From Octopus sinensis (lineage: Eukaryota), in NCBI RefSeq assembly GCF_006345805.1, contig NC_043004.1:82584001-82648000 (forward strand): a stretch of DNA of 64,000 nucleotides, read 5' to 3'. Below the pieces are notes generated by a model. The model saw nothing but the letters and a program-made list of their open reading frames with translations, was not told the DNA's origin and did not search any database. Positions 14,580 to 28,457 of this stretch are shown here, piece after piece (positions within the stretch are counted from its first letter, which is position 1; the number at the start of each line of letters is the position of its first letter). Both the position numbers and the translations under genes were made by a program.

Positions 14580-14754
14580 GCCCTGTTGAATCGTTAGCGT
14601 CTGCACGCATTTTATTTTCTCTCCTTGTTTCTCTCGTGTTTCTTTTCCGTGTACCTTTCTGTGTATCTTTCTATTCTTGAGTGCCATACTAATACAATTG
14701 TTTATTTGTACTCCACCTGCCTTCGTCTTTTGTTTATTTTCGGAAAGCTCCAGC

Positions 14755-14755
<1 letters not shown>
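14580..14755 (+). mobile_element. Penelope 3'-terminal fragment inserted in (TA)n
   Basis: Similar to 21260-21465 (cgttagc..ctgcacgcatttt; gccatactaatacaattg; ccacctgccttcgtcttttgttt). Confidence 0.7.
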
Positions 14756-14787
<32 letters not shown>

Positions 14788-15509
14788 ACAGATATAAAAC
14801 ACAATACTAGATATTATGTACTTCGCCATTCCAAGTACACATGGAAATATCCATGCAGCTACATTGGACTTCGACTTGGGTAAAATGCATAAACATCACA
14901 CTGTAATTCATCCACTGATGCTGTATCACCCGATGAATTTGATTAATGATGTTGAAGAACCAGATGATCACGGACGATACGACCGATACTGTTCACATCG
15001 CAATGATACAGTCTCTGATATTAAAGTCATGTAATTTGTTGAAACGCATGCCATTGAATCTATTTAACAGAGGTTTTGTTGAACCTCCTGGAGTCTTGCA
15101 TGCATTGCATGCTTGTTACCTGCGATGTTCCCGAAGTTGTTATCCATTCTTTTCAGCTACATATTTCTTTCCTCATTCTTCTCATTGTCTGGTTTGGTGT
15201 AGAAGCAATTTCGGCATGACGAATGGACTTACACTGCGCAAGCACATTGCACATTTTATCGAAAGGCGTTACAATTTGTTAAAGTCTTATTAATATCATT
15301 ATTTGATACATTTCTTTAGACACATTTCCCCAACATTGAGTTTTTTTGCTTCAATGTTAGCCACCAACCGGTCTTTTTATCGAGACACCATTCGTACTAA
15401 GTTTGGAAGCCAAGACTACAGGGCTCTTAAAACCCATAAGTTGGGCCTGTTTCCATCGTATCGATATTATTATTATTATATACATAAATACGCACATATA
15501 TATACATAT

Positions 15510-15591
<82 letters not shown>

Positions 15592-16134
15592 ACATGTTCA
15601 CATAATAAACATATACATATGTACATATATATAACTGTGTGGATATGCGTGTTAGTGTGTGCCTGTGTTTATCTGTGTGTAATGTTCGGGTGTAGAATTG
15701 TTTACAGAAACATACATATATAAAGATGATACATATACACACACGCACAAACACACACACACACACGCACATACACACACACACTCACACACAGATGCAT
15801 ATATTTATGGGATTGTGTTCGGAAAATATTCCTGGTTTCGACGAAAGTAAATAGAATAGGATCAGTCGGTTATGATTTTCCCGCACATAGTTCCCCCAAT
15901 CACGCTGCAACTCACGCACCTGTTGCAGCGGTGCTTCAGTCTTTCTAAGCCAATTAAAGGGATACGAAAATTCGGGGCTCGTACAAGGCACTTCGTGATA
16001 CCCTTAAAGCGAGGAAATTTTTAGCGCCACCCCTACCTCATATACAAATACAAACACATGTATACGCACACAAACACTCAGACACATACAATAAACATAA
16101 CACACACACACACACATATATATATATGTGTGTG

Positions 16135-16215
<81 letters not shown>

Positions 16216-16216
<1 letters not shown>

Positions 16217-17697
16217 AGAAACTCTCAGAATCCTTCCAGCTTGAACTTCCACAAGGCAAACTGGAAACAAATTGAGAAAGAGATCCTCAAACAACACTGG
16301 CCTGAATGCCTGTATATCAAGCCATATGCTACAAATGTGTCCAAGAGAGAAAGGCCATGGACACAAGAGCAAAAGCCCAAAAAGAAGAAACTTCCAAGGA
16401 GACGGCGTGGAAATGTTTCAAATCGCCTAAACAAACAAATTGAAAGCAGTGAAAAGTCCCGCCTGAAAATAAAACTGTTGGAAATTGAAAAATGTCTGAA
16501 ACTCTCCCATGAAAAAGAAGGAGTAGACAAAGAAGCATGGGCTATAGACAAAATAAAATCTAACCCCAGAGCTTTCTACAAGTATGCCAAAGAAACGGCT
16601 ACGATGCACTGTAAGATAGGACCACTCCTTGAAAAGGATGGCACACTCACAGGAAATCCAATGCAGATAAGTGAAATACTAAATGAGCAATTCAAGAGTA
16701 TTTTCACTCCACCCTTAGGGCATTTTCAAGTCAGTAATCCAACTGACTTCTTTACCACTGCAGATATAAAATCAGAGGCAGCGATGATTGATTACATCAA
16801 TATAAAGGAAGATGATATAATAAAGGCTATTGATGAAATGAAAACAAACTCAGCTACTGGCCCCGATGGATTCCCAGAAATCCTTCTAAAAGTATGTAAG
16901 AGATTCCTAGCAAAACCACTGCAGTTCCTCTTTCAGAGCTTCCTTGCAACTGGCGAACTTCCAAGAAAACACAAGGAAGGTAAAATATGCCCTATTCATA
17001 AAGGAGGTAGCAGAGCGGAGGCCAAGAACTACAGACCTATCTCTCTAACCTCACAAATCAGCAAGGGTATGGAATGAATAGTCAGAAGGAAACTAATCAC
17101 CTTCCTTGAAGAAAATGACTAGCTGCCTGATACCCAACATGGTTTCCGACCAGAAAGAAACTGCTTAACTCAGCTCCTACAACACTATACCTGGGTGCTG
17201 AAACGACTGCTCAACCCCTAAAATGTGGAAGTGATATATCTCGACTTTGCAAAAGCCTTTGATAAAGTCGATCATGGAATGATATGTCACAAACTGCGTG
17301 ATCTTGGCATAGTTGGAAAATTGGGAGAATGGCTTCATGACTTTCTGAAGGATAGAAGTCAGGTGGTAGTATCCAATGGGGCCACTCCCCGTAACGCGCA
17401 AATAGTGAGCGGTGTTCCGCAAGGCACTGTTCTGGGACCACTACTGTTCATAATGGCCCTCTCAGACATGCCCTCAGCCACGCAGAGAGCCACGATCACA
17501 AGTTATCGAGATGATACAAAAGTTTCACAGGCAATACAGAACCCTGAAGACACTAAGCACCTGCAATGTGAGCTGAACAAAATATAAAAATGGGCTGAAA
17601 AGAATAGCATGCAGTTCAATGCTGAAAAGTTTCAAGCTTTATACTATCAGCAGGCAAAACTAAATGCGATACCTAATAAATACACTGGACCTGAAGT
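16216..17697 (+). mobile_element. Decayed CR1/L2-group LINE RT fragment
   Basis: GPDG, YRPISLTS, YLDFAKAFDKVDH, SGVPQGTVLGPLLF, SYRDD (from YADD); several stops. Confidence 0.9.
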
Positions 17698-17739
17698 ATT
17701 AGTAGTAGACTTAGTACTACTTGCTATAGGGACTGGTAA

Positions 17740-18038
17740 CCATTACAATCTGTAGCGGCGAACGTCGTTCTGAGGCTAACCAAAGAATTTTTATTTTTAG
17801 ATATAACTGAGGTACTTAAATGTACTTATGTTCTTTGCTTCGGCTTTTTCTATAGGTGCATGTAAGTATCTTACTTATATTCTATCGTAAGCTCTAACGA
17901 TGAAGAAAAATCCTTTATGAGATTAATTCCGAAATTGATTCAATATAGAGATAACGAAATTTAAATATTCTAGCGGTTAGTTTGCCCGACTTCAGTTCAA
18001 TTTTTCTGTAGCAAGTGCATTATATGTGGAAAATCAGT
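17740..18038 (+). pseudogene. Possible remnant of a divergent GRL-like paralog (TM1-TM3 region)
   Basis: PLQSVAANVVLRL...YVLCFGFFYRCM*VSYLYSIVSSNDEE aligns loosely by eye with copy 1 PLYLTTNPIISM...FVFIYTLFFKCLLSLYCLIKFFRKSKDKE; second copy at 42086-42423 (-). Confidence 0.35.
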
Positions 18039-18049
18039 TATATATATAT

Positions 18050-21000
18050 ATAAGTTATATACCACCCTTCTCCCCTCACGATAGGCTCCATCCACCCACA
18101 CCTAACCCCACTGCCCCTCCCTACAACCCCTTCTCCCCTCCCGTTAGGCTCCATCCACCTACACCTAACCCTACTGCCCCGCCCAACCACCCCCCACACA
18201 CCTCCCCAATCCCTCCCCCTCAGACCTCCACGAGACCTACCACCCCTCCTACTTCTATTCCACCCACCCCTTCTCCACTTCCGTCTGTTGTTACCATTCC
18301 CCCCGATCTTCCCCTCTCTGCGGCTGAACGCTCCGTCCTTGGTAGGGGTCTGCGTTTCATCCCCCTCACTCCATCCTGTAAGGAATTCCAGACGCGAGTT
18401 GATGTCCACAGCTTTGTGCGCCGTGTCCGGTTGGGTGCGCATTACCACGACTCGCCACCCACACCCAACGAAGAGGACGACTGCTTCACTGGCCTGGGCC
18501 GCCGACCATCCCCGTGGACGCCTGCCCCTGGCCAGATCCTAGCAGTGGATCTTTTCGCGGGCGCTTGTCAGCGTGCATTGGAGCGGTTCAACTTCTCCAG
18601 GCGCCAACGCCGCCTCAACATCTCCCCGGCTGAGCTCTTGGCTCTTCGTTCCCTCCAACGGCGCGCTGACATTATCATCAAACCGGCTGACAAGGGTGGA
18701 GCTGTAGTGGTGTGGCGCGCGGACCTCTATAGGGCCGAGGCTTTCCGCCAACTCAATGACACCTCCTTCTATTCCCCTCTGCCCTCTAACCCAACACGTA
18801 GCTACCAACAGACGGTATCCTCTACTGTCCAAGACCTCATCTCGTCCTCCCGTCTCCCCCGCACCGCATCCAACCTAATTGTGCGAACCCCACGTACCCC
18901 CACCATTTACTTCCTCCCCAAAATCCACAAACCCAACAACCCTGGCCGCCCCATCGTCTCTGCCTGTAACTGCCCCACGGAGCTCATCTCTAAATACCTC
19001 GACCGTGTCCTTGCCCCCCTAGTGGCATCTCTTCCCTCCCACATCCACGATACCAACCATGCTCTCCGGCTTTTCAACTCTTTCTCCTTTCCTCCCGGCT
19101 CCTCCAAATCCTTTTTACTATGGACATCCAAAGCCTCTATACTGTTATCCCTCACCACGAAGGACTGCAGGCCCTTCGACACTTTCTTGACCTCCGCTCT
19201 AACCCTGTACCTGACACCTCCACACTCATTCGTCTGGCCGAACTTGTCCTTACTCTGAACTGCTTCTCGTTCGCGGGCGAGTTCTACCATCAGGTCTCGG
19301 GAGTGGCCATGGGAACGCGAATGGGCCCCAACTATGCGAACCTGTTCGTTGGCTATGTTGAGGCCCAAATATTCTCTAATTTCACTGGTCCCACTCCTGA
19401 ACTATATGGTCGTTATATTGACGACATTATCGGTGCCACCTCACTCTCCCGCGAACATCTAGATTCCTTCCTCTCTTTCGTCCAATCTTTCCATCCAGCC
19501 CTCCACTTCACTTCCACTATCTCCAACACCTCTGTCTCCTTCCTCGACATTTCGGTTAGCATTCTTCACTCCACTCTTACCACCTCCATTCACTACAAAC
19601 ACACAGACTCACACTCATACCTCAACTTCTCTTCCTCCCACCCAGAACACACCAAGCTTTCCATCCCCTATTCCCAATTCCTCCGTCTACGTAGGCTCTG
19701 TAGTGACGACCATGACTTTGAGACTCAGTCTCAACGTATGGCTCACCACTTCACCCTACGTGGATACCCCCTCACCACTATCCACACCGCCCTTGCCAGA
19801 GCACGGTCCGTGGACCGTGTATCTGCTCTCTCTCCCCGAACCCGCCCTGTAGTCTCCCGCCTCCCTTTTCCCCTCACTTACCACCCCACGACCCTACGTC
19901 TCCAACGCACCATTCTTCGAGCTTTCCGTCATCTCCAGTCCGACCCGTCCACTTCACACCTCTTCCCTAACCGACCCCTCCCCTCTTTCAAACGAGCCCA
20001 CAACCTTCGAGACCTTTTGGTCCATAGCTCCTTCCCTGACCCTACCTCCCAACCCGGCTCGTTCCCCTGCTCCCGCCCACGTTGCCGCACTTGCCCTTAC
20101 CTCTCCAACACCACCCGCCTCACTAGCACCCACCATCGACCCTATCCCATCATCCACTCCTTCACCTGCACCTCCAGCAATATTATCTATTGCATCTCTT
20201 GCTCTCTCTGCAATTCCTTGTACATCGGACAAACGGGACGCCGCTTGGCTGACCGGTTCGCGGAACACCTTCGTGACATCCACCTTGCGAACGACACACC
20301 GGTCTCACGCCATTTCCGCTCCACCGGTCACTCCTTGCAACACCTATCTGTGTTCGGTTTGTCCTTACACAGAGGCCATCCGGATTCCCGTTTGCGCCGT
20401 GAACAGGAATTAATCTTCTCTCTTCGCTCTTATACGCCATTTGGTCTCAACTCTCCCCCCCTCCTCATCTAACCCCCCCCCCCCCCCCCCTCCCCTCCTC
20501 CTCACCTATCCTTTCTCCCCGACCCCTACTTCTTCAGTCCTTCATCCTTTCACCCCTACTCCCCTTCCCTTCTTCCCTCTTTCTCCCTCCCTCTTCCCCT
20601 TCCCTCTGCTCCCTCACTCCCTCTCTCCCCTTCTCTCTCTCCCCCTCTCCCTCTTTCCTCCTTCATCCCCCTCCTCACCTTCCTTCTCCCCCATCGTCTC
20701 CTCTTCCCCCTTCTCCTCCCCCTTTCTTCCCCTCCCCTTCTCTCCCCCCTCTTCCCCCCTCCCCCTCTTCTCCTCACTACACCACATGACTTTACACATC
20801 ACATCACATATGATGTGCCATACTAATACACACACCAACTAATACATACTAATACGTACTAATACATACTAGTACATACTAATACTTACACCAACCCTAT
20901 ACATACACACGTCCAGACCCCGCATACGCACTTATACTCTCTCTCACACACACACACACACACCTATACATACCAATACGTACTAATACATACTAATACA

Positions 21001-21467
21001 TACTAATACATACACCAACCCCATACATACGCACGTCCAGACCAATCTTACGCACTAATACTCTCTCATACACACACACACACACACATACACCCTTATA
21101 CATACTAATACATACACCAACCCTATACATACACACATCCAGACCCCTCCCACGCACTTTTAGCTGGTCCCTCAACCCGTTTATCAACCCTATTATCTCC
21201 CCTTATTTCGCTCTCGCGTCTCATGTTTGATCTTTGACCTCTGGCCGAAATCAGATCGCCATGTTGATTCGTTAGCTACTGCACGCATTTTTTTTATCTC
21301 CTTCTTTCTGTGTTTTTCTCTCTCTGTGTATCTTTCTGTTGAAGAGCGTAGGCTCGAAACGTTAAAGACTTGTTTTATTTATATTTCCTGAGCGCCATAC
21401 TAATACAATTGTTCGTTTGTTTTCCACCTGCCTTCGTCTTTTGTTTATTTTCATAAAGCTTCCCGTT
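18050..21467 (+). mobile_element. Penelope-like element, nearly intact RT + GIY-YIG
   Basis: KPADKGGAVV, LPKIHK..PGRPIVS, GVAMGT, RYIDD, NIIYCISC..CNSLYIGQTGRRLADRFAEH; one frameshift near 19110; C/T-rich 3' region; flanked by (TA)n. Confidence 0.92.
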
Positions 21468-21488
21468 ATATATATATATATATATGTA

Positions 21489-21803
21489 TAATATTAATTC
21501 GAGACAAAACCACTATTTTGCAAAACAAACAAGGAAAGACTTAATCAATACATAAAAATTTTTAATATGAAGAAATAAACCGCCACTTCAATCGTTTCAT
21601 GTCTTCAATGACATTCGTCAGGTGGATTTTCGATCTCCTAATTAAAACAGGTTAGGAGATCGAAAATCCACCTGACGAATTCATTGAAGACATGAAACGA
21701 TTGTAGTGGCGGTTTATTTCTTTATATTAAAAATTTTATGTATTGATTAAGTCTTTCCTTGTTTGTTTTGCAAAATAGTGGTTTTGTCTCGAATTAATAT
21801 TAA
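21489..21803. repeat. Inverted repeat (~150-bp arms) of a Penelope-type terminus
   Basis: 21489-21641 is the reverse complement of 21652-21803 with a 10-nt spacer. Confidence 0.9.
21668..21709 (+). ncRNA. Type I hammerhead ribozyme motif
   Basis: ccac CTGACGA attcattgaagacat GAAA cgattg TA gtgg; the mirror copy on - has the full stem II (atgtc/gacat) but a mutated cleavage triplet. Confidence 0.7.
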
Positions 21804-21883
21804 ATAATATGTTACTATAAAATTGGATTTAATCCTAAATCTGATTTTTCCCTGTAAATTTGGATTTATTCCCTAATATTTAT

Positions 21884-21990
<107 letters not shown>

Positions 21991-22035
21991 TCAATAAATG
22001 GTGGGGTTGTGTTGACCGCACGTGGAGAAATGATA

Positions 22036-23908
22036 AGTAAGGAAAAATCTTTTTAAAAAATGCAGAATGCTCAAATGAAAGAAAATTTTAATAAAATGAG
22101 AAATTGATAAAATATATAAATATATATTTATTCAACCGGTTTTCGTCATTGTATGACTTGTCAAGAATATTTATGTTTTAAAAAGTTTTTTTAAAAATTA
22201 GAAAGGGGAAAAAAAGAAAATTGCATTGTTTTTTGTAAAAGAATAATGATAAAAATGTACAAAAATTAAAAAATAAGTTCTCCGATACATTGTGAGTTCG
22301 TTGTGTATCTTGAGTTTTATGGTTGTTTACGAAAAAATTACCTTGAGGTGTTAAGATCCAAAGGGATTAAGAGCATGTGTTGTGTTGTTAAATTCAGCAT
22401 GTTTGCAGGACAGGAAGTAGTAGTAATTGTGGTCCTGGTTCTTCAGTTCCTGTGTTGTGAGTAATTATGTTGGCAACCAGCGCATGTGAGAACGTAGATA
22501 AGGTTCTCGCAGGAACAGGAGAAGTTAGTCTTGATTTTAAACTTCGTACCTTGTTTGAAGGTAAATTCAGAGCCTTCAAGTAGAAAGGGGCAGGTACCAC
22601 AGTTTGAGCGTGCACATTTTTTTTACTGTTGGGGGTGCATGTGGTGTGTGAAGTTTGGCATTTGTCAAGAGTTTTTTTAAAGATTTGTGTTGCCTTTTGC
22701 ATTTGAGGATTTTGTGTGTATTTATAATGTTTTTCATTTTTGGGTCTGTTGACAGTAGACTGAGGTTTTGTATGATTGTGGTGTATGCTTCGATATTTTT
22801 GGGGTTGTGGTACGAAGTTTAAAATCAAAACTAACTTCTGTTCCTCCGAGAACCTTATCTACGTTCTCACATGCGCTGGTTGCCAACATAATTATGTTGG
22901 ACAAACGAGTCTCCCGTTACGTAAACGAGTAACGGTGCATAAAGAACAAATAAATCTCCCGGAATACCGACAAATTCCACTGAGTGACCACTTAGACTCA
23001 TGTGCTAAAGACTTAAACCCCAAATTCTATATATTCCCCTTCTACCAATGTAAAGACGGGATCACCACACAGGAGAGAATTAACAAGGAGAATCTCTTTA
23101 TTGAAAAATTCCAAACACAACTTAATATGCAAACTCGTCGTTGATCAAACTTCCTTTCTCTACCTCACTCTTCATGGATGGACTAACACAAATATATAAA
23201 GATACCATGCATTCATCACTTCAAGCTAAAACTTATATTCTTTAAATATCATTTTTACTATTGTTGTTATTACTATCATTTTTATTATAAATGATATGAC
23301 AATTTGAAATGCAAGTGTCTATGCAGATTTATATAATTAGAAAATAATATAAATAAAGTGTTAAAATCTGAAAGTTAAGTTAACAAGCAATTATATAAAA
23401 AAGATAACGCAAATGAAGCTAAAATGAATAATTTTATAATTTGGGTTTTATTGAAGAACTCAAAAGAGTTGTCTCCCCTTACTCACAACACAGGAACTGA
23501 AGAACCAGGACCACAATTACTACTACTTCCTGTCCTGCAAACATGCTGAATTTAACAACACAACACATGCTCTTAATCCCTTTGGATCTTAACACCTCAA
23601 GGTAATTTTTTCGTAAACAACCATAAAACTCAAGATACACAACGAACTCACAATGTATCGGAGAACTTATTTTTTAATTTTTGTACATTTTTATCATTAT
23701 TCTTTTACAAAAAACAATGCAATTTTCTTTTTTTCCCCTTTCTAATTTTTAAAAAAACTTTTTAAAACATAAATATTCCTGACAAGTCATACAATGACGA
23801 AAACCGGTTGAATAAATATATATTTATATATTTTATCAATTTCTCATTTTATTAAAATTTTCTTTCATTTGAGCATTCTGCATTTTTTAAAAAATTTTTT
23901 CCTTACTA
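22036..23908 (+). mobile_element. Truncated Penelope-like element (GIY-YIG fragment) bracketed by ~430-bp inverted termini
   Basis: ORF 22776-23144 has NLIYVLTCAGCQHNYVGQTS..LRKRVTVH; 22036-22465 is the reverse complement of 23479-23908. Confidence 0.85.
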
Positions 23909-24464
23909 TATAAATATATATATATATACATATATCTATATATGTATATATATATATGTATATATATATCCTTCTGCCTGTCTGGCTGTGTGTCTTCTCG
24001 GATATCATGCATCCTCATATCCGATTGCGCTCAAATGTGATATGTAGATACCGATGGTATCAGGGCGTATATAAGTATTGAAAAAATTACAAGGATCGAC
24101 TCTAGGCGAGAATGCGATCGATAAAGCCGTTTTTGTCCTGCTTTTCTTCCGTTGTTTTTGTACTGCTTAAAGGCACGTTTCTTTCCTGCCAAGCTTACTG
24201 TTTAAACCATGTTTGTGCTCTCCCAGTCAACAACCTTAACATTACTGGTACATTAAATTCTTCATTTGCATATATGCGTGAATAAAAACATTTTTTGTGA
24301 AAAGAAAAATAAGTCTATCTTTATTTCTTCTTTTGCTGGTGTCTCAAATTGAGGTTAAATCAGTGTTTCTCTATGAAACGGTCGGACAAGTTGTTTTGAG
24401 AAACTTTTGTTTAAATTTTTGACAACGGATGCCCGTATATAGGACGGGGGACTTTCGCTCGTCT

Positions 24465-24586
<122 letters not shown>

Positions 24587-25271
24587 ATATATATATATAT
24601 ATATACGTGTGTGTATATATATATAAGTAAAGATCAAGTACTTCTCCATTCCAAGTACACACGGAAATATCCACATAGCTTCATTAGCCTTCATCTTGGT
24701 AAGAAGGGATAAACCTACATCTGTGATTCATCCACTGATATATTTTCACCAAATGGAATGGATTAATGATGTTGATCAAATGGATAATTACGGATAATAC
24801 GGACGATACTGTACTCATACACATACATAAATAGAATAGTTAATACACACACACACACCCATGTGCATATATATAAAGGTGTGTTCGGAAATGGTCCTGG
24901 ATTATGCAAAAATATAATACAAGGAGATCAGTCGGTTATGATACCCTCAACAGTGCTCCCTCACTCTGCGACCCACGACACTATTGCAGCTGTACTTCAG
25001 TTTCTCTAATATCTTTATAGAACTTTTTAATATTTTCTGAAGATATTTACTTGTAAACTGTTATTATTATTTTTTTCTATTTTTATCAAAGAATGTATAT
25101 ATATATATATATACATACCGTGTTATTTTGTGACAACCAGTACTTAACACAACAAAGCTTTTACAAAGCTTTACATTTTAATTTTGACAATATTTTTCTA
25201 AAAAAGTGAAACCGGTCAAGTGATTAAACATCTTTAAAATGGCATTTTCAAAAGGCTTTTTAATATATATA

Positions 25272-25339
<68 letters not shown>

Positions 25340-25961
25340 TATATATATATATTTAAGTGGCATCTTATATGTAAGAGAAATAAACATGTTTAAAATTGCA
25401 TTTACAAAAGTTCTTTCAAATATATACACACATATATATATATATATATTTATATTTAAGTCACATGTCATGTGTAAGAGAAATCATATATAAAAGACAA
25501 ATCCTCTTATACGTCGCAGAAATTAGAGTTACTCAATGCACATCAATTTGGAACCAACGCTTCATACATTACAAACTAATGGAGAAGAATAAAATATCGA
25601 TATTGTAATTAATATACTTGCGAAAGTCAAATGAACATCAAAGTAATATCACACATAAATTCATAATAGATTGTCGCAATTCATTTTCCTATAAGCTATA
25701 AAACGTGTCGATTAAATATAAATCATTTCAGATTAATATCTTAAGAAGTTTATCGAGTAATATTCAATTTGACGTGTATTTTAAATCCATGGTAACAGAT
25801 TTGAAATAATTCTTACATACAAACATAGCGGGAGACATTATATAACAGCTTTATCCGATAGCTTTATTTCCAATTCTTTCGCAACACACAGAGCTTTGCA
25901 ACACTCTCACCTTAATATAGAGATCTTAATATACTCACTCTCACCTTAATATAGAGATCTT

Positions 25962-28373
25962 GGCCCGCATCAATTTGTACAACATCTTCCCGGTTCGGCC
26001 AGGCCCTTCTTGACGTGGCTGAAGATTGTTTTCTATCGCAACATGTTGAATATCCGACAAGGCATCGGTCTGGGCAGCAGCCATCTATGCTAGATCTGGT
26101 ATTCTCCCGCTATCCAAGATCAGTGTCAGACGTATCTGTGTGCGCCCCTCTTGCCAAGAGTGATCATGCGGTCCTGAAGTTCGTCATGCACACAACTTTT
26201 TCTACGCCCACGATTACTTCGCTGCCACGTAGAGTCTTCTCTGCAGTTAATCTTGAAATTCTAACCAAGGCTTCCGCGCTTCTGGACTGGCGATCCCTGA
26301 TGACGTTGTCCTCAGTTGACGAAATATGGTCATCCCTCAAAGCATATGTAATCTGTTTGACTGACCAGGCAGTTCCCGTTGGGCTTCCCAAGAGGAGAAA
26401 CACAAGCCCTGGGTGACGAAGAAGGTTAAACGAGAACGTCGACTCAGAGATATTGCTTGGGCTGAATTCAAAAATCTGGATTCGACTGCAGCTTTTGAGG
26501 TGTACAAAACTCAACGAGACCGAGCCGTGAAAATTGAAAAGAAAGAACGCTTCAGTTATGAATACAAAATCGCGGCAAATGCCAGTAGCAATCCAAAAAC
26601 CTTCTTTGCCCATGTCCAGCGGAATTCCCGCTTGAACAACCAGATTGCAACGTTGGTAGACTCAACAGCATTGAGGACCCTTATCAACAGAGTCAATTAT
26701 TTGCCGAGGCTTTTTCAACTATTTTCAAACAAGATGATGGTCGTGAACCCCCTCCATTTGATAGATCGGTACCTCCAATGCTTCGATTGGTCATCACGCG
26801 GGACGAAGTCAAACGTGTTATTCAAGACCTCGATGTCAACAAGGGTAACGGCCCTGACGGCATACACCCACGGGTTATCAAAGCGTTGGCTCCGGTCATC
26901 TGCGAGCCCTTAACACGACTATTCAATATGTCATTGGCGACGGGTGTTATACCTGCAGACTGGAGAACAGCGATAATCTGCCCAATTTTCAAGAAAGGGA
27001 GCCGCGAAGACCCGCTTAACTACCGACCGGTTTCCCTTACATCAATAATCAGCAAGATGTTCGAAACCATCCTTAAGAAAAGTATGATGCTCCACCTCCT
27101 AAACACAGCCTCGATCACTGATTCCCAACACGGCTTCGTGCCGAAGAGATCATGCTTGACCAACTTACTAGTAATGGAAGAATTGGTGACGCGCATCCTC
27201 GATGATAGTGATGCTGTTGACATAGTTTTATTGGACTTTGCCAAAGCTTTTGACTCGGTAAACCACCGCCTACTACTTGTCAAGCTTCAAGCATATAGTT
27301 TCCATCCGGATATTGTACGATGGGTTGGTGCCTACCTCTCAGATCGCTCCTTCCAAGTTCAAGTTAATGGTTTGCGGTCCGACGTCTCCAGTGCGAGCAG
27401 TGACGTGCCTGAAGGTCCAGTGCTTGGGCCCTTGTTGTTCTTAGTCTTCATAAATGACTTGCCCGACGACCTCACGCAACACACCCTTCTATTTGCCGAC
27501 GATATCAAACTGGTCGCTCCTCGCGGTAGTATAGACGATCTTCGTCGATGCCTCCACCAAATTTGGAAGTGGTCTAACGATTGGGACCTGTGTCTGAACG
27601 TGTCAAAGTGCTGTCATCTGCCTGTCGGCTCTACTCCTGCAACTCAACTTGATTTCGAGCCGGGTCGTCTGCTGCTGGAGAGGACCGATCAGGTAAAGGA
27701 CCTGGGTATCTTGGTGGATTCCTCCTTTTCGCCTTCGGCCCAGAGCGTCCATGCTGCCAACAAAGCGCGCGGAATTCTGTTTTTGATTCGACGGTCATTC
27801 GGAATGCTCACAGCAGCCATATTCCTACCACTCTATGTCACGCTGGTGAGATCCATATTGGAGTATGGGATTCAAGCCTCTTCTCCTTATCTCCTCAAAG
27901 ACATACAGCATCTCGAAAGAGTCCAGAGGCTGGCTACCCGCATGGTTCATGGTCTCAAAAATTTGTCCTACGAAGAAAGGCTGAGGACGCTCGACCTTTA
28001 TTCTCTTGAAAAACGCCGCCGCCGTGGTGATCTCATTCTCGCCCACAACATAATAAGCGGGAAGTGTAACCTCTCGAAAGAGCTGTTCTTCACTCCTGCT
28101 CCGGAGCGTCGGCTGCGGGGTCATTCCGAAAAGCTCTACCTGCGACGATTTCATCTCAATAGAAGGAGAGGAGCTTTCTCCGTCCGGGTTGCGGATCCGT
28201 GGAACAAGCTGCCAGACGAGATGGTGAAGATGCCGACGACTGCTTTGTTCAAAGCCTCCCTGGACCTCAAGTGGCCTGAACTCTTTACATGAACACCACC
28301 CTGTACTTAACTCCATGTCCCCCTACATGGCCTTGCTATTTGCTTTTGAGCCAAATTAACTAACTAACTAACT
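25962..28373 (+). mobile_element. 5'-truncated CR1-type LINE inserted in the upstream block of receptor copy 3
   Basis: APE C-terminus (LDLV..SDH), 504-aa RT ORF with FADD, (TAAC)n tail; empty site gagatctt|aaacaaaaac in paralogs. Confidence 0.92.
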
Positions 28374-28457
28374 AAACAAAAACAAGGCCTCTGTTTTTTA
28401 TGTCAACGTGTTTAACTCTCTATAAAGAAGTTGCGAGAAATATTTATTACAAAAAGC

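Noticed and set aside
14946-15293. LLKRMPLNLFNRGFV...SATYFF as a TM7 exon
   Set aside because: Wrong spacing, not hydrophobic, no clear acceptor, and frame/stop not conserved in paralogs (31400, 44250).
20470-20780. Pro/Ser- and Arg/Gly/Glu-rich ORFs
   Set aside because: Polypyrimidine tract in the Penelope 3' region.
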